Source: Chiloscyllium plagiosum | Lineage: Eukaryota | Length of the DNA stretch: 20,000 bases | Assembly (NCBI RefSeq): GCF_004010195.1 | Contig: NC_057720.1 | Location: forward strand, 15,949,881 to 15,969,880 | Direction of reading: 5' to 3' | Shown: positions 1 through 12,733 of the stretch, piece after piece | Layout of the letters: each line of letters begins with the position of its first letter | Numbering within the stretch: the first letter of the stretch is position 1 | The notes under the pieces: generated by a model | Seen by the model: only the letters and a program-made list of their open reading frames with translations | What the model was told of the DNA's origin: nothing | Databases searched by the model: none | Made by a program: the position numbers and the translations under genes

Positions 1-199
1 AGAGAGGAATTCACCACTTGATCAGAGCCCATGTAATTTTCTCCCTTATCTCTCACACAGCAGCCTGGGATAAAGCACATCCAGATCTGAGGAGCTTTCC
101 ACTTTTAAACCTGCCAAAACCTCCTCACTCCCTACGTCAAACTGATCAAGAACCTCAAAGTCCTGCTTCCCAAATTCTGTACTTGCATCATCCTTTTCC

Positions 200-2260
200 C
201 AGGTAAAGACAGATGTGAGGTATTCAGTTTACACTCTATCTATGTCATCCAGTTCCAGGCACAAATTGCCCCCTTGGTCTCTCATGGCCCCTACACTTTC
301 CTGGTTATTCTCTTTCCATTGATATGCTTATAGAATATCTTGTGATTCTCCCTAATCTCACCCACCACTATGTTTCATGCCCCTCCTTGCTTTCCTAGTT
401 GCTTCCTTAAGATCCCCCTGTACTTTACATTGGGTCTCTGCTGTTTTGCTCCCATTGTATATATTAAAAGGTGTCTCTTTTCCTTCATCCAAACCTGAAT
501 ACTCTTAGACACCAAGGGTCCTCTGGAATTGTTGCTCCTACGTTTCCTCCTAAAGGAACATTTGGGTCTGTACACTCACCAATTCTGTTTTGAATCACAA
601 TCACTCCCTCCCCCCACCCCCACCCCCACTCCCACCCCCAGCCCTGTTCTGATGTAGATTTACCCTGAAGTATTCATTCCCACTCCATTTTAATAAATAA
701 CGGCTTTTCCCCAATCCAAAGCATTTTTGTTGCAGACCTTCTTTCTCCTTTTCCATAACAAACTTAAAACGTACGGTGTTGTGTTTCCTATCACTAGAAT
801 CTACTCCCACACTGTCACCTCAAACCTCTCTCCAGCTTCATTCCCCAGAACTAGGTCCAGAACTATACTCTCCCCTGAAAGACTATCTACAAATTGGTAT
901 AAAAATCTCTCCTGAATATATTTTTGAGAAATCAGTTCCCTCTACATCTATGACTATCCCAATTCATGTTGGGGAGGTTTAAATTATGATTTCTCCATCA
1001 TTACACACCTCAGTGAATCATTTACAAATCTGCTGTTATATTCCCCGCTGACTGTTTGGGAATGTATATTACACTCGCAGCAGTGTGACTGCCACCTTTT
1101 TATTCCTAAGGTCTACCAACAGAGCCTGATTTGAAGACCCTTCCAAGATACTATCCATCTTTATTGCAGTAACTGACTCCTTAATTAATATTGCAATACC
1201 ATTTTTACCCCTTCCTCTGTTCTGCCTGAAGATCTTATATTCCGGAATGTGGAGTTACCAGTCCTGACACGTCCTCATCTCCATCTCTGTGAGCATAACA
1301 ACATCAGAATTCCATATCAATCATACACTGAAATTATCTGCCTTCCCTATAATACTCCTAGCATTTAAGTAGAGACCATCCAACCTTGCCTCACCCCCTT
1401 GAAACTCTCTCTCATTTGGTAAAGTATGCTGGGTCCCTATTGTAACCCTATTGTAACTCTGTGACCCCTCCCACTACTGAGCTCGTTTAAAATCCTCCCA
1501 ACAACTCGGAATCCACCCACAAGGATGTTTATCTGATTCTGGCTCGGGTACAGGACCCACCTTCCTTAGAAATGGCCCCCATGATCCAGGAATCTGAGCT
1601 CTCCCTACTGCACCAAATCTAGAGCCACGCATTCATCTGTTCTATTCTCCTATTTCTGTACTCACTAGCACCGGGTGTCATTCAAGATTCTTCTCTTTAA
1701 TCTATTGCCTAACTCCTTGATACAAGACTCATTCTGCCTATTTCAGTGATACTCAGGTGAACCACAATCTGTCTTATTGTCCTCCCCCTTTAGGATGCCC
1801 ATAAAACTGCTCAGTGGTGTTCGTGACTGGCACCTGAGAAGCAGCACATCATCCTGGAGTCATGTCTGTAGCCACAGAAATGGCTGTCTGGTTCCCCTAA
1901 CGAACAAACTCTGTATCAGGATTGTTCCTGCTTTCTTCTTCCGCCCCTCATGTACAGTCAGGCTGCTTGTGGTGCCAGAAACCTGGCTCTGTCTGCACTC
2001 TGTTGAGGTAGCAGTGCCTTCCTCAGCTTCCAGAATGGGTACCCGATTTTGGGGGTGGGGCCATGGGGGGGACTACCTGCCTGTTTCTCTTTGACTGTCT
2101 GGCGGACAACCATTCCCTTCTTTCCTCCACTGCCTTGAGCCGCAGTGGGACCATCTCACTAAACAGTGCTATCCATGTAACCCTCAGCCTCGCTGCTGTG
2201 CTGCACGGTCTCCAAACTCCACTCAAGCTCTGAAACCTGGAACTCAAGTTTCTGTACAAA
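200..2260 (-). mobile_element. Old degraded CR1-type LINE, 5' half (ORF1 esterase-like region, ORF2 endonuclease and linker)
   Basis: The minus strand near 200-410 reads IRENHKIFYKHINGKRITRK.../EY.TSVFT (CR1 ORF2 linker). Near 1545-1670 it reads ASEYRNRRIEQMNAWL..WCSRE..RFLDHGGHF, typical of CR1 ORF1 SGNH esterase. Many stops and frameshifts; boundaries approximate. Confidence 0.7.
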
Positions 2261-5200
2261 GTATAAAGTGACAATGTAGTGTGAGAATGATTAGGGTCAT
2301 AGGTAGCTGCAGCATAATAATCAAAAGGTATAATTAACCAATGAAATAATCATGTTGCAAAAGTTATTTTATATTCTTTGTCCAAGTCTAGGAGGAAGAA
2401 TGAACATTAGTTAGTTAGTTGAATATTTACCCCCAGCTGTTATAGCGAGCTGAGTGATTTTCGGAAAGCACAATGGTGTTCAATTTGAAATGGAGTAAAT
2501 TGGCAGAGTTTAATTTGGTGGTATTTTGAGGACTATAAAAGTGTCAAATTGAATCCCTCATTAATTTCCAGCTAGGACACATACTTCTTCACCATCATTA
2601 ACTAACACAAGCATAGATGAAAAAGATACCATCATGGATTCGTACACATCTTTTGTCAATTTGTAGCTGAAGGAGCAGTAAGTTGTCTAACCTTAAATAG
2701 GTTATTTTTTTCCTTAACACTTTTTTATTTTAATGAGATTACACTTTGTCACAGTCTTGAATTCTGATGGTTAGACAGCTATATTAAATTGCTAAAAAAA
2801 AAGCAGCTTGGAAAGCTTCTCCACAATAAAGCTGCTGCTTTTTATGTATTCAACCTTTTTGTAAATTCCTTAAATTATTGATGCAAGTGTCAGCTACTGT
2901 CAAAACATGCGTAACAATGTGAACAGTAGACAACTGTCAATTCTACCACTGAGTCTCGTGTCTTGTGTATAGCTCGCTTAAAAAATAATTTGAAGATTAG
3001 AGGTTGCAACAACAAAAAGTAGAATGAACTCAGTATTCCAAGAGGCATCCTCCAACTCTTCATGATAGGAAATGTACAGCTATTTATGAGGAAGTAATTA
3101 TTTCTATGCATGTTGCAAGAGCACTGAAATTGAATGAACCTTTTCATCAATAAATGAATTATACTTAGAAGTGTCAGAATAAAGATATTTTAATTACTAT
3201 CCAGTTCAACTGGTCTATTTTGTGCAATGACATAACCACTAAATGAAGACAGATTGATGTTCTATGCCCACATGCAGGTGAAAACTGTGATCTGATGATA
3301 TTAGATTAGATTAGATTACTTACAGTGTGGAAACAGTCTTTTATCCATCCCCTTATAACTGTGTCCCTTTTTTACGTCCTTCTTTCTGAATGCAAGTAAA
3401 TGTGCATTTGCAATGGAAACAGGTTTACCATGTCTGTTCAAGAGCATCATCAACCAGGCTTGAAATGAATTGGAATAGATGTGGGACAAATAGGCTACTC
3501 TGCCAGAAACAAATTTATTCAATAGGGCCCTGATATTATTTTCATATTTTCTCTTCCTACTGATGTTTCATGCTAATCAAAAGACAGACTTACATTTATA
3601 TAGAGTTTTTCATGGATACTGGATGTCAAAATGTGTTTTCTGCCAGAGGAAGTACTTTCAAATTGTCATGACTTACTGTCATTTACAAAATAAGTGACCA
3701 TGCATGCAAACAAATTACAACTCAAGATAATTCAAGCTTATTACTTAAAAATGCGCCTGCATCGCCCATCATGATCTGATGAGGCAGAGTGAGGGGTGGG
3801 GTGGTCGAATCTTTTGACCCCACCTTCGAATGCAAAACATACTTCCTTTGTCCCTTCTGGGGCGTAGCTATCTCACACTATAATTAAAACAGAATCCTTG
3901 TCAAAGTAAAGGAGTTAATTACAAGATTTCCCTGAGTGAAAGAAAGAGGAATTTCATTAGTTATTAACCTTGAGGACAATATAGTCCCAAAAAATCGCAG
4001 CAAAGTTGATTGGTGTGTGTCAGGGTGATGTGAAAGTCCCCACACTCTAACTCGGTGAGAATTATTCGGAAAGTTGAAATCTCCTCAGTGTATTTACTCT
4101 CCACAACCCTTTGAAACAAATCCCCAATTCTAAGTTAGGGATGGAAATTCCAGAGTGTTCCATCTTCCTGATGCTGAATAGTTACATAGGAGAAACAGAG
4201 GATTAGAAACCTATTCCATCTCTTGATTAACTATTACATGAACCTCAGCCTCGCCATTAAGCCCCCACAGATATAACATCCCCCAAATCCATCTCCATCA
4301 CATTTTGACCCTCCATCTCCAACCTCGACTATTCCTGCTGCATCTAAAACCCTCCTCCAGGTCTCACCTTCTCCCCCAGCGCCCACACCTCCACCCCCTC
4401 CAATAACAGGATCCAAATTCCATCCCCAGAACTGACCCCTCCAACGCAAAACTCAACACACTCCCCAACTCATTGGCACACTCCCAATCCAGTCCTGGTG
4501 GTCACGCCATACCCCTCAAAGCACAGCTCACTCAAACCCGACACACCCCTGACCCGAAGTTTTGGTCGACCATAACTGTCATTCTAGTCCTTTAGACCCC
4601 TCTCCCACCTACCCTCATAGTCCACTACCATCTGGCATCCTATCCCAACCACCTCACCACCGTATCCCTCCACAACCTGGCTCCCTATTCCCCTACCTTC
4701 CGACTCAGCTGTGACACCACATGTACGATTCCCTTCCCTTAGTTTTTTAAAGAGGCCACAGGAGCCTGAAATTGCAGAACACTGCACATTCTGCTAAAAA
4801 GCTGGATTTAATCACATTGCTGATTTCCCAGTTTGTGTGGATCATTGGATTGCCCAAGACAGCTTCAAAAGGCTGCTGGTAATCGATGGGGGAAATCTCA
4901 TTTAAATGTGAATGCCTATTTTTTTGCAAATTGGAAATTTCTTTTGAATCCTGATTGCAAAATCTGGGCTGACAAAATGTTACACTTAACACTCCACAAA
5001 AGTATTCATAAAGTATAAACAGGTAAGAGTGTCTAGTACAACAAGGAAATTCAAGAATAAATAATTTAATAAGTTCTCGGAGGCCTTGAATTGTTTTAGT
5101 TGAACTTGAGATTATAGCTGCAGAGAATTTTGCAAAATTCTCGAAGTTCTTGGCAAGTGGATGTTTCTCTGATTTGTTTCAGTACCAGTGTTGGCTTTCC

Positions 5201-5443
5201 AGATGTTGAGGAGAAAGCAGGGAGGGAGGGGTAGAGTGATAGAAAAAGGGTGTGCCGTACATTTTATTCGAAATTTAGTTTTGTTTCTCTCTAGTCTTTG
5301 CCTGAAAGAGTTCAGTTGTGTATTCCCATGATTAGTATCATTGTTTCTCCTAAACTAGATAAGCCGTACAGGACTTTTGTCTCACAACACAAAACATCCA
5401 CATAGGAGGAACTCAAACTAGGAGACTAGATATCTTCGCCCTT

Positions 5444-7295
5444 AGAATCATGGAGTCATAGAGATGTACAGCACAGAAACAGACCCTTCAGTCCAACTCA
5501 TCCATGCTGACCAGATATCCTAACCCAATCTAGTCCCACCTGCCAGGACCCGGCCCATATCCCTCCAAACCCTTCCTGTTCATATATCCATCCAGATGCC
5601 TTTTAAATGTTGCAATTGTACCAGCCTCCACCACTTCCTCTGGCAGCTCATTCCACACACGCACCATCCTCTGTGTGAAAAAGTTGCCTCTTAGGTCTCT
5701 TTTATATCTTTCCCCTCTCACCCTAAACCTATGCCCTCTAGTTCTGGACTCCCCCACCCCAGGGAAAAGACCTTGTCTATTTACCCTATCCATGCCCCTC
5801 ATGATTTTACAAACCTCTGTAAGGTCACCCCTCAGCCTCCGACACTCCAGGGAAAACAGCCCCAGCTTATTCAACCTCTCCCTATAGCTCAAGTCCTCCA
5901 ACTCTGGCAACATTCTAGTAAATCTTTTCTGAACCCTTTCAAGTATTACAACATCTTTCTGATAGGAAGGAGACCAGAATTGCACACAATATTCCAACAG
6001 TGGCCTAACCAATGTCCTGTAGAGCCTCAACATGACCTCCCAACTCCTTTACTCAATACTCTGACCAATAAAGGAAAGTATACCAAATGCCTTCTTCATT
6101 ATCCTATCTACCTGCGACTCCACTTTTAAGGAGATATGAACCTACACACCAAGGTCTCTTTGTTCAGCAACACTCCCTAGGATCTTACCATTAAGTGCAT
6201 AAGTCCTGCTAAGATTTGCTTTCCCAAAATGCAGCACCTCACATTTATCTAAATTAAACTCCATCTGCCACTCCTCAGCCCATTGGCCTATCTGATCAAG
6301 ATCCTAATGAAATCCAAGGTAACCTTCTTTGCTGTCCACTGCACCTCCAATTTTGGTGTCATCTGCAAACTTACTAACTATGCCTCTCATGCTCACATCC
6401 AAATCATTTATATAAATGATGAAAGGTAGTGGACCCAGCACCGATCCTTGTGGCACTCCATTGGTCATAAGCCTCCAGTCTGAAAAACAACCCTCCACTA
6501 CCACCCTCTGTATTCTACCTTTGAGCCAGTTCTGTATCCAAATGGCTAGCTCTCCCTATATTTCATGAGATCTAACCTTGTTAACCAGTCTCCCATGGGG
6601 AACCTTGTTGAATGCCTTACTGAGGTCTACATAGATCACATCTACTGCTCTGCCCTCATCAATCCCCTTTGTTAATTCTTCAAAAAACTCAAGCAATTTT
6701 GTGAGACATGATTTTCCACGCACAAAGCCATGTTGCCTATCCCTAATCAGTCCTTGCCTTTCCAAATACATGTAAATCCTGTCCCTCAGGATTCTTCCAA
6801 CACTTTTCCATCACTGAGGTCAGGCTCACTGGTCTATAGTTCCCTGGCTTGTCCTTACCACCACGTTAGCCAACCTTCAGTCTTCTGTTAGCTCACCGAC
6901 AAGTTGGACGGAAGAGTCTGTTTCTGTGCTGTACATCTCTATGACTCTATGACTCTAAGGGTTAAGATATCTAGTCTCCTAGTTTGAGTTCCTCCTTAGT
7001 GGAAGTTTTGTGTTGTGAGACAAATCGATAATACAAATATCTTTAGCTTCCCACAGAGTTCTAGGGTACACCTGATCAGGTCCTGGGGATTTATGCACTT
7101 TAATGTGTTTCAAGACATCCAGCACTTGCTCCTCTGTAATATGGACATTTTTCAAGATGTCACCATCTATTTCCCTACATTCTATATCTTCCATGTCCTT
7201 CTCCACAGCAAACACTGATGCAAAATACTCGTTTAGTATCTCCTCCATCTCTTGCGCCTCCACACAAAGGCCACCTTGCTGATCTTTGAGTGCCT
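5444..7295 (-). mobile_element. CR1 LINE, 5'-truncated, RT region through 3' tail, frameshifted, interrupted by an inverted insert at ~6898-7024
   Basis: Minus-strand ORFs include EILNEYFASVF...KSPGPDQVYPR, QHGFVRGKSCLT...DLSKAFNKVPH, GVPQGSVLGP...YINDLD...KFADDTK (RT motif) and YRTLVRPLLEYCVQFWSP...RRLRGDL...TRGH. 3' tail repeat tagagtca (reverse complement tgactcta) at 5444-5465. Confidence 0.95.
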
Positions 7296-9403
7296 TGACT
7301 GAATGCCTTTAATAAGATACTAATTTCAACTCAAATTGTCTTTGTTTAGCTCACATTGATTTCATGAGCTTGGCGCAACATGGTCAGGTGACCACTTAAG
7401 TCAATGCTTTTTCCCCTTTTAAAACCATTTTAATCCATGAAAGGTCTCAAGTATTAAAACCAGATGATGGAAGTTAAAAATTGGTCACCCTGATTTTATC
7501 ACTTTTGTGGCATTACCATTATTGCCTATTTGTTCAGGAGATTACCTTCATCTGCTTACATACCATCAGGTAATAAATGACAGGTTCAGTAAATGCATTT
7601 TAAAGCATTGGAGTTGGTATTTCTTTGACCAATAATTAATTGTGGGGCAATTGGAAACATTTGTGCAAAAGAGGAATAAAGTTTTGCTTTTTATCACTTC
7701 TGTGGAGGACTTAAGGATGTCAAATTAAGTTTGTCATATAAATGCTAATTGCTGTTGTTAAAACCAGAAAGACAGTAACTTAAATAGACTATGTCTGCTG
7801 AACAGTTCACCAGTCAAGTATGAATTCACACCAAATGGGCCAACAGCCCCAAAATAAATTTGCTAAATGCACAAAAGAGTCATATTCTTTATATGCTTCT
7901 TAGACAGGATTAAAGGTTCTTTCAGTAACTACATTTCAAAATTGGTTAGAAAGTACTTTCAAGCATTCGAGGTCTCAAAATACTATATTTCAAATGCAAG
8001 TCTTCCATTTCCTTCCATATCAAAAATTAGAAAGGGGCTTAGTTGACTTGAAATGGTTATTTCATTTTGAACTGAAGGTGAAGTTTTTTATTATAATAAA
8101 TCATGACAAGTTGCCTTAAAATACATGAATGTACAGTACCGAGGTTTAAACAACCCATAGGGTCTGAAGAGGAACAGTATAATTCTCTGTCTTGTGAAAG
8201 TCCTCAACGAGTTGTTGATCAGACTTAATCTCCATATCAATGAAGCCCAGTCTGCCTTTGGCCTAGGTCTCAATAATCAGGACCAATCCCTGGGATATTG
8301 GACTTTGGAAGCAAAGAACTGATATTAAGACAGCCACATGAGCAAAGACACAATGTCAGGCTGAAAAAAAGGCAACTTTCTCTTTGTCAGAAGATATTAA
8401 CAGAGTGGTTCGAAAATAAATTTGACAGTGTCAAAGGTAAGCCAAGAGGAAGAGAGATTACTACCTGCTGTAGCCAAACAAACGAGAAACAATTTATCAC
8501 AAATAGCTTTTTTATCAACCTTGTGAAATTGTCTCAAAATGACTTGAGAGAAAGATCGAACCTTGCTATCCAATGTTAACCAAGTATCCCCCAAATTCAG
8601 GACCAAAACCAGTCAAATCACTGGAGGAAACAGGCACCAACAAATCATTGCCTCAGACTCATATGCCTAGTGTACTCTGTATGTCAGAAATGACACAATA
8701 AGCAATTGTATTAAGGAGTCCTTTATACTTGGGAACAAGACATTTTTTCAATTCATGTGTAATATGGATGTGCGCATCACTGACAATGTCATCATTTATT
8801 GCCCTTAATTTCCCTTGAGAGAGTTTGACTTGTTAGGGCATTTCAGAGGGCAGTTAAACACATTGAAATAAGACTATAAGACATAGGAGCCCAGGTAGGC
8901 CATTCAATCCATCACCTCTGGTCTGCCATTCGGTGTGATCATGGCGGATCTGATAATCCTCAACTCCATTTTCCTGCCTTTGCCCCATTACACTTAATTC
9001 CCTTACTAATTAAATCTCAGCCTTCACAATGCCAGCCTTGTCAACCCTCAGCAGTAAAGACTTCCACAGATCCACTACTCTCTGTGAGAAGAAATTCCTC
9101 CTCATCCCTGTCTTTGACTCTCCCACATTTACCCTCTCAATCCCACAAAGAATCCTGTATGTTTCAATAAGGTTTCCTCCCATTTTTCTAAACATCAATG
9201 AGTAAATGCTCAATCTCTTACTGAACCTCCTCTCAGAAGAAGCCCCTATTTACCCAGATCAGCTTGCTCTGCACTGCCTCCAATGCCTGTAGATCTTCCC
9301 TTGGAAAAGGGGCCCAAAACTGTTCACAGTAGATCTGACTAAAGCCTTGTACAGTTTTAAAAAGACTTGCATATTTTTAGATTCCACTCTCCTTGACACA
9401 AAA

Positions 9404-9662
9404 GTTGAAAAATGTGGTGCTGGAGAAACACAGCAGGCCAGGCAGCATCCGAGGAGCAGGAGAATTGACGTTTCGGGCATAAGCTCTTCTTCAGGAATGA
9501 GGCTGCTGTGCCAAGCGGGCCGAGATAAAAGGTAGGGGGGAAGGAATTTGGGGGAGGGGCGCTGGGAATACGATAGGTGGAAGGAGGTGAGGGTGAGGGT
9601 GATAGACCGGAGAGGGGGTGAGGGCGGAGAGGTCGGGAAGAAGATTGCAGGTCAAGAGGGCG
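9404..9662 (-). mobile_element. Penelope-like element terminal fragment with hammerhead-type core at 9467-9494
   Basis: Shares gctggaaaa..gcagcaggtcaggcagcatcc.aggagcaggagaatcgacgtttcgggc with 11598-11683 and 17799-17893 (both opposite orientation), 19571-19649 and 19817-20000. The minus strand carries CTGAAGA-stem-GAAACGTC. The Penelope assignment is from recognition. Confidence 0.65.
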
Positions 9663-9786
9663 GTAGCTTTCTGCAGTCTTCCTTCATTTAAATATTACGC
9701 AACTATTCCTCCTGCCAAAGTACATAATCTCATATTTTCATACATTATATTCCATCAGCCAGGATTTTGTCCACCCATTGAACCTA

Positions 9787-10105
9787 TTAGCACTGCAGAC
9801 TCAGAGTGCCAGGACATGGGGTTGATTCTACCCTCAGCCTATGTGGAGTTTGCACATTTTCCCTGTGTCTGCGTGGGTTTTCTCCAGGTGCTCCAGTCTC
9901 CTCCCAGTGTCCAAAGATGTGCAGGTCAGGTAGATTGACCAAGCTAAATTGCCCATAGTGTTCAGGTTAGGAGGATTAGCCATGGTTAATGCAGGGTTAC
10001 AGGAATAGGTTGGGGGCTGGGTCTAGATGGGATGCTCTTCGGAGGGTTAGTGCAGACATGATGGGTTGAATGGCCTCAAACTGCACTGTTGGAATTCTAT
10101 GATTT
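9787..10105 (+). mobile_element. V-SINE/HE1-type tRNA-derived SINE
   Basis: V-domain core tgtggagtttgcacattttccctgtgtctgcgtgggttttctccaggtgctcc...ccaaagatgtgcaggtcagg...gctaaattgccc. Degraded tRNA-like head and LINE-like 3' tail. Confidence 0.8.
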
Positions 10106-10621
10106 CATCTAAATCACTGTTTGAGTCATCCTCAGCACTTACTTCTGCCCCTATTTTTGCATTATCTACAAACTTGCAAAATACGTTCATTTCCATCATC
10201 TAATCATTAATATATGTTGTAACTAATTGTGGTCTCCAGCACTGATCCCTGTGGCACCCCACTAGTTATAGTTTGCCATCCTGAAATCACCTGACTCCCT
10301 ACCATTATCCAACAATCTGTTATCTGTTAATGAGCCAATCCACTATCCTTGCCAGCATATCACCCACATAACTTCCTAGTTCCCCATCACTATTTCTCCA
10401 GTCTCATTCTATAAGTGACCTCTGTTTACTTTGGCCGCTCTCTTTCTTTTTACTGGTCTTAGTGTCAATTCTTATATTATTTGACAGTTCACCCTCAAAG
10501 ATTATTTTCGCCCTCCTGTTTTTGGTCACCTTTGTTAGTTTTACAACTTTTCCAGTTCTCTAGTTTGCCGCAAGTATTTCCCATGCTGTATGATTTCTCT
10601 TTTAATTGGATTATAATAAAT

Positions 10622-11075
10622 AAGAAGAGGAGCAGGCCATTCAGCCTCTCAAGCCTTTTCCAAGAGGATTATGGCTGATCCAATATTTCTTACGTCCACT
10701 TTCTTGCCCTTTCCCTTTAACCCTTGATACCCTGAATAATCAAGATTCTGTCTCTCTCAGCCTTAAGTATACAAAAGGACTCTGCCCCCACAGCTCTCTG
10801 TGGTAAGGAAGTCCAAAACTCAAAACTCCTCGTGAGAAGAAATTCCACCTCGTCTCAGTAGTAAATTGGCTCCCTTTTATTCTGAGAATCTGCCTCTGGT
10901 TCTAGAATCTTCTATGAGGGGAAAAATCACTTCAGAATTTACCTTGTCAAGCTTCTTAAGAATCCTATCAGTTGCAATGATATTTCAATGACAGAAGAAT
11001 GATCTTTCATTCTTCTAAAAATCAATGAGTAGGATCTCACTTATTTACCCTTTGATCATGAAACAATCCCCCTAT
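10622..11075 (-). mobile_element. Another CR1/L2-clade LINE 3' end
   Basis: aggagcaggccattcagcc...gagaagaaattccacctcgtctcag motifs are similar to 8885-9240. Confidence 0.7.
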
Positions 11076-11084
11076 TTGAGAGGG

Positions 11085-11408
11085 TCATAGAGTCAAAGAG
11101 ATGTACAACACGGAAACAGACCCTTCGGTCCAACTCGTCCATGCTGACCAGATATCCCAACCTAATCTAGCCCCACTTGCCAGCACCAAGCCTTATCCCT
11201 CCAAACCCTTTCTATTCATATACCCATCCGGATGCTTTTAAATGTTGCAATTGTACCAACCTCCACCGGTTCCTCTGGCAGTCCACCCTCTGCGTGAAAA
11301 TGTCGCCCTTTAGGTCTCTTTAATATCTTTCCCCTCTTACCCTAAACCTATGCCCTCTAGTTCTGAACTCCCCCATCCCAGGAAAAAGACCTTGTCCATT
11401 TACCCTAT
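11085..11408 (-). mobile_element. CR1 LINE 3' fragment, same family as 5444-7295
   Basis: Begins gtcatagagtcaaagagatgtacaacacggaaacagacccttcggtccaactc and aligns by eye with 5455-5790. Confidence 0.9.
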
Positions 11409-11589
11409 TGTGGTTAGTTTATCCCCTTCCCAGAATATTTATTGTACTTTTAGATATATCTTTGTTGTGAGTCATAAATTCTATCGCGTTGTGATCTCTG
11501 TTTCCGAGAGGATCTTTTGCTCGGTGATAACTTATTAAACCGGTCTCATTACATATGTGGTTAGCACTGCCTTTTATCTCAGCCCGGTT

Positions 11590-11683
11590 GGCACACCAGC
11601 CTCATTCCTGAAGAAGGGCTTATGCCCGAAACATCGATTCTCCTGCTCCTCGGATGTTGCCTGGCCTGCTGTGTTTTTCCAGC
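11590..11683 (+). mobile_element. Penelope-like terminal fragment with hammerhead-type core at 11608-11635
   Basis: ttcCTGAAGAagggcttatgcccGAAACatcgattctcctgctcctcggatgttgcctggcctgctg; reverse complement of 9418-9510. Confidence 0.65.
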
Positions 11684-11852
11684 AGATGTGCGGGTCAGGT
11701 GAATTGGCCATGCTAAATTGCCCGTAGTGCTAGGTTAAAGGGGTGGATGTAGGGGTATGGGTGGGTTGCGCTTCGGCGGGTCGGTGTGGACTTGTTGGGC
11801 CGAAGGGCCTGTTTCCACACTGTAAGTAATCTATCTATCTAATCTATCTAAT
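11683..11852 (+). mobile_element. V-SINE/HE1-type SINE, 3' half with (TCTA/TCTAA)n tail
   Basis: agatgtgcgggtcaggtgaattggccatgctaaattgcccgtagtg...gaagggcctgtttccacactgtaagtaatctatct. A reverse-strand tail of the same family lies at ~3300-3337. Confidence 0.8.
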
Positions 11853-12046
11853 CATATTACCAAATGAAATACAGCTTGATCCACAACATGTTCTAAGAAA
11901 AAAGATGAGAGCCATGAACACAAACTAAAGACCTTACTTTTACTTTAAAGTCTAGAATTACCTACCTGTTCATTAATCAATTGCTTTCCCTGCACGCATA
12001 TCATGTTGCAGATTGTGATGTTACTCTGCTGCCAGTTGTCATTGGG

Positions 12047-12733
12047 TCATAGAGATGTACAACATGGAAATAAACTCTTCAGTCCAACTCATCCATGCCG
12101 ACCAGATATCCTAGATTAATCTAATCATATTTGCCACACCAAGCCAATTTCCCTCTAAACCCTTCCTATTCATATGCCCATCCGGATGCCTTTTAAATGT
12201 TATAATTGTACCAGTGTCCACCATTTCCACTGGTAGCTCATTCCTTACACACATTGCCTTCTGCATAAAAAAGTCACCCCTTAGGTCCTTTTTAAATCTT
12301 TCCCCTCTTACTCTAAACCTATGCCCTCTAGTTCTGGACTTCCCCAACCGAAAGAAAAGACCTTGTCTATTTATCCTATCCATGCCCCTCAAGATTTTAC
12401 AAACCTCTGTAAGATCACAACTGGAATACAACACCTTGCACTTGCCTTTAAACTAGACAAAAGTTAGGGTCTAGTCTACCTCCTTGATATGTTTGAAAGT
12501 GGTTTGGTCATGACTTTATAAACCTCTATAAGGTCACCCCTCAGCCTCTAATGCTCCAGGGAAAACAGCCCCAGCCTATTCAGCCTCTCTCTACAGCTCA
12601 AGCCCTCCAACCCTGGTAGCATCCTTGTAAATCTTTTATGAACCCTTTCAAGTTTCGCAACGTCCTTCCGAAAGAAGGAAGACCAGAACTGCACACAATA
12701 TTCCAAAAGCAGCCAAACAAATGTCCTGTACAT
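12047..12733 (-). mobile_element. CR1 LINE 3' fragment with an internal foreign insert at 12419-12507
   Basis: ORFs 12111-12434 (DLTEVCKILRGMDRINRQGLF...RTRGHRF) and 12548-12733 (LLEYCVQFWS...KRFTRMLPGL) match the CR1 ORF2 C-terminus. Confidence 0.92.

Larger units (their letters stand above)
8868..10600 (-). mobile_element. Degraded CR1/L2-clade LINE (3' tail at ~8868), interrupted by a Penelope fragment and a SINE
   Basis: Tail taagactataagacatagg. Minus ORFs read GNLIETYRIL...RRNFFSQRVVDLWKSL and FLKLYKALVR. A GVPQGSVL-like remnant (cagcactgatccctgtggcacccc) lies at ~10237-10260. The distal boundary is uncertain. Confidence 0.7.

Noticed and set aside
605..643. (CCCCCA)n tract as a telomere-like or regulatory element
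   Set aside because: Short simple-repeat expansion inside an old CR1; not TTAGGG.
4230..4990. C-rich segment with Gly-rich minus-strand ORFs
   Set aside because: Compositional bias only; no recognisable protein or splice structure. Possibly an unclassified repeat.
5530..6033. 167-aa ORF as a host gene or active retroelement
   Set aside because: It is the C-terminus of CR1 ORF2. The upstream RT is broken by stops and frameshifts and the element is 5'-truncated.
8200..8600. Possible RTE-type LINE remnant or 93-aa ORF
   Set aside because: Only a faint SAFG-like motif; too degraded to support a call.
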